Shown here piece by piece: positions 9,355 through 17,273 of a stretch of DNA of 32,000 nt. Source of the stretch: Raphidiopsis brookii D9 (GTDB lineage Bacteria > Cyanobacteriota > Cyanobacteriia > Cyanobacteriales > Nostocaceae); assembly GCA_000175855.1 (NCBI GenBank), contig ACYB01000038.1, positions 90,001 to 122,000 of the forward strand, in the 5' to 3' direction. The position numbers were made by a program, and so were the translations under genes. Below the pieces are notes generated by a model. The model searched no databases, was not told the origin of the DNA, and saw only the letters and a program-made list of their open reading frames with translations. Each line of letters begins with the position of its first letter. Position 1 is the first letter of the stretch.

Positions 9355-10308
9355 ATGAGCTTGATCAAAATCTTTAAAATAGTCTATTTAGTTGGCATAG
9401 TTTTGTCGGGAGTGTTGACATTTGTTTCCTCTGACAAGAACAATACCGAAATTAGTAAATTAGTCTGGTTAGTTGGTGTGAGTCATGTTTTCGTACTAGC
9501 CATGATAGGTTTTAGGATGGAAAGATCTAAAGATAAAGCTGCTGCTGGACTGAGAGTACAGACATCAGGTTATCTGCATACGTTGATAGGATTCAGTGGT
9601 GCTTTATTTCAACTAGATCCCCAAAATTTATTGGCAACCATTGTGGTTCCTTTAAGTTACGCCCTATTCACCAGTATTATCGGTTGGTTTTTTGGTGGAG
9701 AATTAGTAAATGAATTCGATGGGGGAGGAGCGGTAGATATTGGCAATGAAGGAGAGCGAATTGCCCAAGAGTTTCACATTTTTGCGGAGAACCTTGGCCG
9801 AGAATTTCAGAGTTTTGCAGATAGCTTGAGTGCAATTCACGAGCAATACAGTCGCAAAATAGAAGATGCTTCAAACTCTTTTGAAAGTCAGCTACAAAAA
9901 GTAGGAGCAGCTTATAAAGGAATGGTGGATACACAGGAAGTTCAATTTGATAGATTGAGCAAAAAACAGCTTGATTTATTGGCTCAATTAGAAGATTATC
10001 AAAAAAGGTTCATAGATAGTCAGAATAGCTGTTACGGTAAAATGGATAATGCTATTCAGGAGTCTATTAATTCATCGGATAAATTAAACGCCAGTGTTGA
10101 TGCTTTGACTAGTGCTTTATCCACAAAGGAACTATTCTCCATAACTAGCAATTTTGTATACCTAAGTGAACAGACAAAAGTAGCATCAGATAATATGGAA
10201 CAAGTGGCAACTACATCTAAAAATGTCGCTAAATACTTGGAGGAGAGTAAAATTTTAATCGACCAACTGGAAAAGTTATTAAGTTCAATTAACTCTTATC
10301 GGAGGTAA
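9355..10308 (+). CDS. Membrane protein with MotA/TolQ/ExbB-like (ZorA-like) helices and long coiled-coil tail (track start 9274 overlaps the VWA gene; ATG at 9355 preferred)
   Basis: Hydrophobic helices IVYLVGIVLSGVLTFV and LVWLVGVSHVFVLAMIGF; GYLHTLIGFSGALF and LLATIVVPLSYALFTSIIGWFFGGEL resemble the two conserved helices of MotA/TolQ/ExbB. A tail of about 200 aa follows, helical and heptad-like. Confidence 0.7.
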   Translation: MSLIKIFKIVYLVGIVLSGVLTFVSSDKNNTEISKLVWLVGVSHVFVLAMIGFRMERSKDKAAAGLRVQTSGYLHTLIGFSGALFQLDPQNLLATIVVPLSYALFTSIIGWFFGGELVNEFDGGGAVDIGNEGERIAQEFHIFAENLGREFQSFADSLSAIHEQYSRKIEDASNSFESQLQKVGAAYKGMVDTQEVQFDRLSKKQLDLLAQLEDYQKRFIDSQNSCYGKMDNAIQESINSSDKLNASVDALTSALSTKELFSITSNFVYLSEQTKVASDNMEQVATTSKNVAKYLEESKILIDQLEKLLSSINSYRR

Positions 10309-10314
10309 AGACTA

Positions 10315-10935
10315 ATGCAAATTAGAAGCAATATGGAACAAGCAGAGATTTTTGTTTTTATCGCTTCCTTCTTTCTGATTGCTCTTGGTTTTAAGGAACC
10401 AGATGGGCCAGTCAAAAAGCCGTCTGAACATCCACCAATCATTCTATTTCCTGAATCTTCCAGGTATAACTTTCGTTCAGGTCGTGCTGAATTAAGTTCG
10501 GAATTTAGGGATCATATTCGCACTAAACTGAAACCAAAAATTTTGGAAGTTGTCAAACAATACAAGGATATTGACGCTATTGAGGTGATTGGTCATACTG
10601 ATGGCAGGCCAATTAATAGTGTTGAACAATCCATCTCAAGTCACAATAGCAATTTGGATAATAATTTAGAGAGGGTTAATCTAGGCAAATTATCTGTATC
10701 CAGATTGCAACCTGGCTCTAATACCGATTTAGGTATTATGAGAGCTTTGGCTGTTGTCCAGGAACTGAAACAATCCGGAGGGGGAATTTCAAAACTCAAT
10801 CTCCGTGCCTATTCTGCAGGACAGTTATTATTGGAAGATGGTCAACCAGCACCAATAGATACAACAGATAACCCTGAAAGAAGACGAATAGAAATTCGTT
10901 TCACAAAATTGGGTCGTACTCAGGTTTTTAAATAG
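10315..10935 (+). CDS. OmpA/MotB-like (ZorB-like) peptidoglycan-binding domain protein with one N-terminal TM helix
   Basis: TM EIFVFIASFFLIALGF; OmpA-family pattern YNFRSGRAELSSEFRDHI, IEVIGHTDGRPIN, LGIMRALAVVQELKQ, NPERRRIEIRF. Confidence 0.85.
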   Translation: MQIRSNMEQAEIFVFIASFFLIALGFKEPDGPVKKPSEHPPIILFPESSRYNFRSGRAELSSEFRDHIRTKLKPKILEVVKQYKDIDAIEVIGHTDGRPINSVEQSISSHNSNLDNNLERVNLGKLSVSRLQPGSNTDLGIMRALAVVQELKQSGGGISKLNLRAYSAGQLLLEDGQPAPIDTTDNPERRRIEIRFTKLGRTQVFK

Positions 10936-10981
10936 GGGTTCCTATTGGAAAATTTCGTTTTAAGAATTTCGTTTTACTTTG

Positions 10982-11026
10982 GCGATCGCATGATTTGCGC
11001 CATACAAAAAACCAACTGGCGATCGC
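10982..11026. repeat. Inverted repeat made of two GCGATCGC (HIP1) octamers, possibly a terminator after the cassette
   Basis: GCGATCGC at 10982..10989 and 11019..11026, followed by CTCTTTTAATTT. Confidence 0.45.
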
Positions 11027-11410
11027 TCTTTTAATTTCAAATAACTTCACATAGCAAAATGGAAAATTATGAGTTTTAGACCACCATATAAATATGTCTA
11101 ATACGGGAATTAGCTCTTAAGTTACCTAATTTTTTTAGTCTTGTCAAGCAGGATATTCTTGTGTTCTTGCAAGTTCTCGTTAATAAGTAGCAAAATCTAC
11201 TAAATATATTATGACATGATTATAGTTACTAAAATAGTTGCTTAAATGGGACAAAGGCAAAAAAGATGATCTTACCTGTCAACATTATGAGTTAGGATAG
11301 AAAATTAGCATTTCTTTGATGAAATATCCCTATTAAATTGTTGATTGTTGGGATTTTATGGACAAAAGTCCACCAGATGGCAGTAGTATCCTCTCCTAAG
11401 TTGGGGACAT

Positions 11411-11433
11411 TGTCTCCCGCTGTAGGGGAGACA
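11411..11433 (+). promoter_or_regulatory. Hairpin immediately upstream of the mgtE ribosome-binding site
   Basis: TGTCTCCC GCTGTAG GGGAGACA, 8 bp perfect stem, followed by TAAGGAGG and the GTG start. Confidence 0.5.
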
Positions 11434-11447
11434 TAAGGAGGTGAATC

Positions 11448-12797
11448 GTGCTAACACAAGATGTTCGCAACGCTTTGGATGTTGCTGACTTAAACAAACT
11501 CAAATATGATTTAAATAGTCTCCAACCGGTAGACGTAGGAGAGTATATTTCAGAATTGCCAGAACAACAAAGGGCGATCGCATTTAGGTTGTTAAACAAA
11601 AATCAGGCCATTGATGTTTTTGAGTACTTACCTACAGATGTGCAGGAGGAACTGATTAATTCCTTGCATGATGTTCAGGTGGTACATTTAGTAGAAGAAA
11701 TGAGTCCTGATGAAAGAGCGTATTTATTTGATGAATTACCTGCAGGGGTAGTTAAAAGACTATTACAACAACTTAGTCCGGAACAAAGACAAGCAACCGC
11801 GACAATTTTGGGATATCCCGAAGGTACCGCAGGTAGAGTCATGACTACAGAGTATGTCCGGTTGCGTCAAGGATTAACAGTGGGGGAAGCATTAAGTAAA
11901 ATTCGTCTTCAAGATGAAGATAAAGAAACTATTTACTATGCTTATGTAACCGATGATAACCGTAAGTTAGTGAGTGTAGTCTCTTTGCGTCAGTTGTTAT
12001 TCACCTTTCCAGAAGTTTTCATCAGGGATATTGCTAGTTCCCAGGTAGTGAAAGTGACTACAGAAACTCCCCAAGAAGAAGTGGCGCGGATCATGCAGCG
12101 TTATGATTTAATTGCCATACCCGTAGTGGATCGGGAGGATAGATTAGTAGGAATTATCACTATTGATGATGTGGTTGATATTTTACAAGAGGAGGCCACA
12201 GAGGATATTCAAAAATTGGCAGCGGTAAGTGGTGATGAAGAGGCCTTATCCCCACCCCATTTGACCATTCGCAAACGCTTACCCTGGTTATTGGGGATTA
12301 TGGCATTGTATATTGGTGCAGCTAGTGCGATCGCTCCTTTTCAAAAAGTAATTGCTGCGGTTCCGGTTTTAGCGGTGATTATGCCCATATTTTCTAATAC
12401 TGGAGGAACCGTGGGTATTCAGGCCTTAACCGTGACAATTCGGGGTTTAGGTGTGGGAGAGGTGACCACAAAGGATGCTGGGAAAATTTTGCGGAAGGAA
12501 CTCATAGCAGGTCTAGGAACTTCCTTGGCTTTGGGTTCAACCATGGTTCTACTTTCTTTGATTTGGGCAAAACCTGATGAAAAGTGGGTAGCTTTAATTG
12601 CTGGAATAGTAATGGCCACTAACACCATGGTTGCTGTGAGTTTGGGGACTTTATTACCCATGGGATTACAAAGGCTAAAATTAGATCCAGCTTTAATGAG
12701 TGGTCCACTGGTGACAACTATGTTGGATACTATTGGTTTTTTAACCTTCTTGAGCATGATTTCCCTTGCTTTGAAAGTATTTAATTTAAGCTATTAG
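11448..12797 (+). CDS. mgtE: Magnesium transporter MgtE (GTG start)
   Basis: MgtE N domain ([33 protein letters not shown]), CBS pair and C-terminal TM region [23 protein letters not shown]; upstream AAGGAGG. Confidence 0.96.
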   Translation: MLTQDVRNALDVADLNKLKYDLNSLQPVDVGEYISELPEQQRAIAFRLLNKNQAIDVFEYLPTDVQEELINSLHDVQVVHLVEEMSPDERAYLFDELPAGVVKRLLQQLSPEQRQATATILGYPEGTAGRVMTTEYVRLRQGLTVGEALSKIRLQDEDKETIYYAYVTDDNRKLVSVVSLRQLLFTFPEVFIRDIASSQVVKVTTETPQEEVARIMQRYDLIAIPVVDREDRLVGIITIDDVVDILQEEATEDIQKLAAVSGDEEALSPPHLTIRKRLPWLLGIMALYIGAASAIAPFQKVIAAVPVLAVIMPIFSNTGGTVGIQALTVTIRGLGVGEVTTKDAGKILRKELIAGLGTSLALGSTMVLLSLIWAKPDEKWVALIAGIVMATNTMVAVSLGTLLPMGLQRLKLDPALMSGPLVTTMLDTIGFLTFLSMISLALKVFNLSY

Positions 12798-12828
12798 AGC
12801 TATTAAGCAGTATTATTTTCAGTTTAAC

Positions 12829-13830
12829 ATGTCAACGCCCGCAAATAATTGGAATCGTCATCATATTCTTTCTCTAGCTGATTTTACTGTAAATGAATAT
12901 AATGCTGTTTTACAAACAGCAGCTTCATTTAAAGAAGTGTTATCACGACGAACTAAAAAAGTCCCCACTTTACAAGGACAAGTGGTAGCCAATCTCTTTT
13001 TTGAACCTTCCACCCGCACCAGAAGTAGTTTTGAAATAGCTGCTAAAAGGCTAAGTGCAGATACTCTAAATTTCTCTAGTGCTAGTTCCTCTATGACCAA
13101 GGGAGAAACAATTTTAGATACAGCTAAAACCTATTTAGCCATGGGTACAGATATTATGGTGATTCGCCATAAAGAAGCAGGAGTACCACAGGCGATCGCC
13201 CGGGAAATGGATCGTTTAGGTGTAAAAGTTAGTGTATTAAATGCTGGTGATGGCCAACATGAACATCCCTCCCAAGGACTATTAGATTTATTCACAATTT
13301 GTAGTTTAATTGATCCAGAACAACCCAAAATTGAATCATTAGCAGGTAAAAAGATTGCCATTATAGGTGACATTTTACACTCACGGGTTGCCAGGTCTAA
13401 TATTTGGAGTTTGACCACCAGTGGTGCCCAAGTACATCTAGCAGCACCACCAACCTTACTACCCAAATACTTTAGTGAGTATGTAGGATCACAGGGAAAT
13501 TCCCGGAGTTTATTCATCCATTGGCAATTGGATCCAGCTTTGGAGGATGCTGACTTTGTCATGACTTTAAGGTTGCAAAAAGAAAGGATGACTGGTAACC
13601 TGTTACCCAGTTTAAGAGAATATCATCAATTATTTGGCATTACCAGGCAGAGATTAAAAGCTTGTAAACCTCAAGTAAAAGTACTACATCCAGGTCCAGT
13701 AAATAGGGGTGTGGAAATCAGTTCAGATTTAATGGACGATCCAGAATTCAGCCTAATTCAAGATCAGGTGACTAGTGGTGTAGCTGTGCGCATGGCACTA
13801 TTGTATTTTATTGGTGGTGGGAAAGGTTAG
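12829..13830 (+). CDS. pyrB: Aspartate carbamoyltransferase catalytic subunit
   Basis: [26 protein letters not shown] carbamoyl-phosphate motif, [12 protein letters not shown]. Confidence 0.97.
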   Translation: MSTPANNWNRHHILSLADFTVNEYNAVLQTAASFKEVLSRRTKKVPTLQGQVVANLFFEPSTRTRSSFEIAAKRLSADTLNFSSASSSMTKGETILDTAKTYLAMGTDIMVIRHKEAGVPQAIAREMDRLGVKVSVLNAGDGQHEHPSQGLLDLFTICSLIDPEQPKIESLAGKKIAIIGDILHSRVARSNIWSLTTSGAQVHLAAPPTLLPKYFSEYVGSQGNSRSLFIHWQLDPALEDADFVMTLRLQKERMTGNLLPSLREYHQLFGITRQRLKACKPQVKVLHPGPVNRGVEISSDLMDDPEFSLIQDQVTSGVAVRMALLYFIGGGKG

Positions 13831-13886
13831 ACCAAATAACAAAAATGGTAAGATGAAAGTGAAAGCCAAATCCAAACACAACGACA

Positions 13887-16325
13887 ATGCGTATCTCTTT
13901 CAATTGGTTACGGGAACTCGTAGAAATTAAACTAACTCCGGAAGAACTAGCTCATACCCTAACAATGGCGGGGTTTGAGGTGGAGAGTATAGAGGATCGT
14001 CGCACTTGGGCGGATGGCGTTGTCATAGGGAAAGTTATAAAACGGGAGCAGCATCCAAACGCGGACAAGTTAAGTGTTTGCACAGTAGATATAGGCAGTG
14101 AGGAAACACTAAATATTGTTTGTGGCGCATCAAATGTGTGTGCTGATATTTACGTGCCAGTTGCGACCAAGGGGACTTATTTGCCCAATATTGATTTAAA
14201 AATCAAACCGACGAAGCTCAGAGGTGTACCTTCCAACGGGATGATTTGTTCATTAAAAGAATTGGGTTTACCCACAGACATAGACGGGATTCATATTTTC
14301 AGACAAGAGGGTTTAACCCTAGGTAGGGAAGTAGGTCCCATCCTAGGTTTGGACGATGTGATTTTAGATGTCACAGCTACCGCTAATCGTGCAGATGCTT
14401 TATCCATGGTAGGGATTGCCAGGGAAATTGCAGCATTAACGGGTGGAAAGCTATCCCTTCCTCAACTAACAGGAGTAGAAATTACCCCCAGCACTGGGCA
14501 AAAAATCCGGGTGAAAATTTCTGAACAGCACGCTTGTCCTCTATATATTGGTACCCTAATAGAAAACGTGAAAATTGCTGCTTCTCCTGAATGGTTGCAA
14601 AGACGTTTAATTGCTGCGGGTGTACGTCCAATTAACAACATAGTAGATATTACAAATTATGTGTTATTAGAAAGAGGACAACCTCTACACGCTTTTGATA
14701 AATCCAGATTAGAGCAGGTAGGTGGGGGAACAGATGTAACTATTGGTGTGAGATTTGCTCAAGCTGGAGAAACTCTCAAAACCCTAGATGGACAAACCCG
14801 GAACTTATCTACTCAGAACTTATTAATTACCGCTAACAATCAACCGGTAGCTCTAGCAGGGGTTATGGGTGGGGAAGAAACAGAGATTCATCCAGGTACA
14901 ACTAGTTTATTTTTAGAAGCTGCACTATTCAATTCAGTCGCTATTCGTCGTTCCTCTCGTAGTGTGGGTTTAAGAAGTGAAGCATCAGGAAGATACGAAA
15001 GAGGAGTCAATTGGGCAGAATTAGCAATAGCTTCTGACCGAGCTTTATCTCTCATGCAGGAGTTAGCAGATGCTAAAGTTGTTCATCAAGAAACTTCTGA
15101 TTACCGTCCCGATAATGCTCTAAAGAATCATCCCATTATTTTGCGATTAGAGAGAATTAATCAAGTGTTAGGTCCCATTGATTTGGGCGCAGAAACGGGA
15201 GAGTTAAAAGCAGCAGATGTGGAAAGGATTCTCACAGCTTTAGGATGCGAACTAACTGATAATCAGGATGGTAGTTGGCAAGTGAAAGTACCATCTTATC
15301 GCTATTCCGATTTGGAAAGGGAAATTGATTTAATTGAAGAAATTGCCCGACTTTACGGTTATGATAACTTTGTTGATACTCTACCAGAAAAAACGGAACC
15401 GGGTTATTTACCCTTAGACCAGGAACTACTGCGAAAATTACGTGGTTATTTAAGAGCAGAGGGTTTAACAGAGTTAATGCACTACTCCTTAGTCAAACCC
15501 GGTGAAGACAGGCAAATTCTTTTAAATAATCCTTTATTTACCGAATATTCAGCCCTGAGAACCGACTTGATTTCTGGTTTAATTGATGCTTTTGAATATA
15601 ATCTACAGCAAGGAAATGGGGCGTTAAATGGTTTTGAAATTGGCACCATTTTCTCTAGAGAAGAAGAAGGACTAGAAGAATCACAAGTCATTGCAGGAAT
15701 TATGGGAGGTGATACTACCGTCGGTAGATGGTTCAATGGTGGAAAAGAAAATCCCATGACCTGGTTCGCAGCAAAAGGTATTTTAGAAAATGTCTTTCAA
15801 CAACTGGGAATGCAGGTAGAATTTCAACCAGAAAATCGAGATAGAAGGTTACATCCCGGAAGGACAGCTTCCTTATGGTTAGGAGGAGCTAGACTGGGAA
15901 CTTTTGGACAAGTTCATCCCCAACTCAGACGAGAAAAGAGTTTACCAGATGCAGTTTATGTCTTCCAATTAGATTTGGATACCTTACTCAGTACCCTGGA
16001 TAATGATGAATTATTGATTCCTAAATTTAAACCCTATTCTACCTATCCCGCAAGCGATCGCGATTTGGCGTTTTTCGCGTCTGTAAAAGTTACGGTTGGG
16101 GAGATTGAAAAGGTAATTACTAAAGCTGGTAAGGGGTTGCTAGAGTCTGTAGAAGTCTTTGATGAATACAGAGGTGAAAATGTCCCCATAGGACAAAGAA
16201 GTTTAGGTTTTCGGTTAGTTTATCGTGCGGTTGACCACACTTTGACTGATAATGAGGTTGAACCAATACACCATAAAATTCGAGAATCCCTAGTAGAAAA
16301 ATTCGGTGTTACTTTGAGAAGTTAA
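13887..16325 (+). CDS. pheT: Phenylalanine--tRNA ligase beta subunit
   Basis: [35 protein letters not shown], tRNA-binding domain [24 protein letters not shown]-terminal anticodon-binding-like [30 protein letters not shown] region. Confidence 0.97.
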   Translation: MRISFNWLRELVEIKLTPEELAHTLTMAGFEVESIEDRRTWADGVVIGKVIKREQHPNADKLSVCTVDIGSEETLNIVCGASNVCADIYVPVATKGTYLPNIDLKIKPTKLRGVPSNGMICSLKELGLPTDIDGIHIFRQEGLTLGREVGPILGLDDVILDVTATANRADALSMVGIAREIAALTGGKLSLPQLTGVEITPSTGQKIRVKISEQHACPLYIGTLIENVKIAASPEWLQRRLIAAGVRPINNIVDITNYVLLERGQPLHAFDKSRLEQVGGGTDVTIGVRFAQAGETLKTLDGQTRNLSTQNLLITANNQPVALAGVMGGEETEIHPGTTSLFLEAALFNSVAIRRSSRSVGLRSEASGRYERGVNWAELAIASDRALSLMQELADAKVVHQETSDYRPDNALKNHPIILRLERINQVLGPIDLGAETGELKAADVERILTALGCELTDNQDGSWQVKVPSYRYSDLEREIDLIEEIARLYGYDNFVDTLPEKTEPGYLPLDQELLRKLRGYLRAEGLTELMHYSLVKPGEDRQILLNNPLFTEYSALRTDLISGLIDAFEYNLQQGNGALNGFEIGTIFSREEEGLEESQVIAGIMGGDTTVGRWFNGGKENPMTWFAAKGILENVFQQLGMQVEFQPENRDRRLHPGRTASLWLGGARLGTFGQVHPQLRREKSLPDAVYVFQLDLDTLLSTLDNDELLIPKFKPYSTYPASDRDLAFFASVKVTVGEIEKVITKAGKGLLESVEVFDEYRGENVPIGQRSLGFRLVYRAVDHTLTDNEVEPIHHKIRESLVEKFGVTLRS

Positions 16326-16382
16326 CTCCCTAGGGAGCAGCAGATTAAGCTTAACAACTACAAATATCAGAGGAAGAAGATC

Positions 16383-16653
16383 ATGGCAAAATATATTATG
16401 TGGGGTAGTTATTGCGAAGAGGTTTTAACCAAACGGGAACCTTATCGTCAAGCGCATCTAGAGGGACTGGCAAAACAAAAAGGATGCGGGAATACTAATT
16501 ACCATAGGTCCCACTAAGGATATTACTAAGGTCTTTGGTATTTATGAAGCTGAGAGCGAAAGCGCCGTGAGTCAACTCATAGAAGCTGACCCCTATTGGA
16601 AAAATGGTATTTGGACAGAGTATATAGTTAAAGAGTGGATTCAAGCTTTTTAA
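16383..16653 (+). pseudogene. YciI/YCII-related domain protein, interrupted by a single +1 nt frameshift
   Basis: Frame 1 gives MAKYIMWGSYCEEVLTKREPYRQAHLEGLAKQK; after A-run 16477..16481 the shifted frame gives DAGILITIGPTKDITKVFGIYEAESESAVSQLIEADPYWKNGIWTEYIVKEWIQAF*. Interval is 271 nt = 3n+1. Not called in the ORF track. Confidence 0.8.
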
Positions 16654-16671
16654 ACCAAATGTTTAAAAACT

Positions 16672-16884
16672 TCATCGTTTCAGTGCTCTTTTAAAATTGC
16701 GTCTAAAGGAGGTGTTGATCAGGTAGAAAACTGGCCACAGAATACTAAATTTTAAGCGATTCAAAAATCTTTGACTGAAATGTGTTCTTTCAAAACCAAA
16801 CCAGAACCGCCAAGCGAAAGCCAGATAAATAAAGGCAAGTCCAATAATTATTAGTTGCACCTTCTTACACTCCTGTAAAGACAT
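16672..16884 (-). CDS. Small conserved-looking hypothetical membrane protein (70 aa)
   Basis: VQLIIIGLAFIYLAFAWRFWFGF ... FSILWPVFYLINTSFRRNFKRALKR: TM helix plus basic C-terminus; fits the intergenic space without overlap. Confidence 0.5.
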   Translation of the reverse strand: MSLQECKKVQLIIIGLAFIYLAFAWRFWFGFERTHFSQRFLNRLKFSILWPVFYLINTSFRRNFKRALKR

Positions 16885-17273
16885 GCCCAGTAATATGGAT
16901 TCATAGAATCCATATTACCAACTGTTTTAACCATTGTCAAGAGTAAAGGGACAAAAATTTTAAGAAATTTGCTGCGAGAACACGTAAAATTACGCATAAT
17001 AATTTAATTGATTCATTATGAGGAATCGCTTATTGTATAATAATCTGGTGTATAGCCAGAGACGAGCCATGATGCTCACCTAACCTAGTAGAGACTTGCT
17101 GAGAAAGAAGTCAATCATACAATCTTGAGGATCAGATAAGTAAATTTGCTAGACTTTTATAAGATGTCTCTTGTGGAAGTTCCTCAAAAGTCAAAATTAA
17201 TAGGAGACTAAAAAAGAAGAGCCATATTTTATAACGAATCTATATGCAATTCAGCTCGTCCACAGGAGGATTT

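Noticed and set aside
9677-9934. 85-aa minus-strand ORF with a hydrophobic N-terminus
   Set aside because: Fully antisense to the ZorA-like gene; its hydrophobicity is explained by reverse translation of the coding strand.
11396-11599. 67-aa minus-strand ORF over the mgtE start
   Set aside because: Overlaps the mgtE leader and coding start on the opposite strand; no ribosome-binding site or family features seen.
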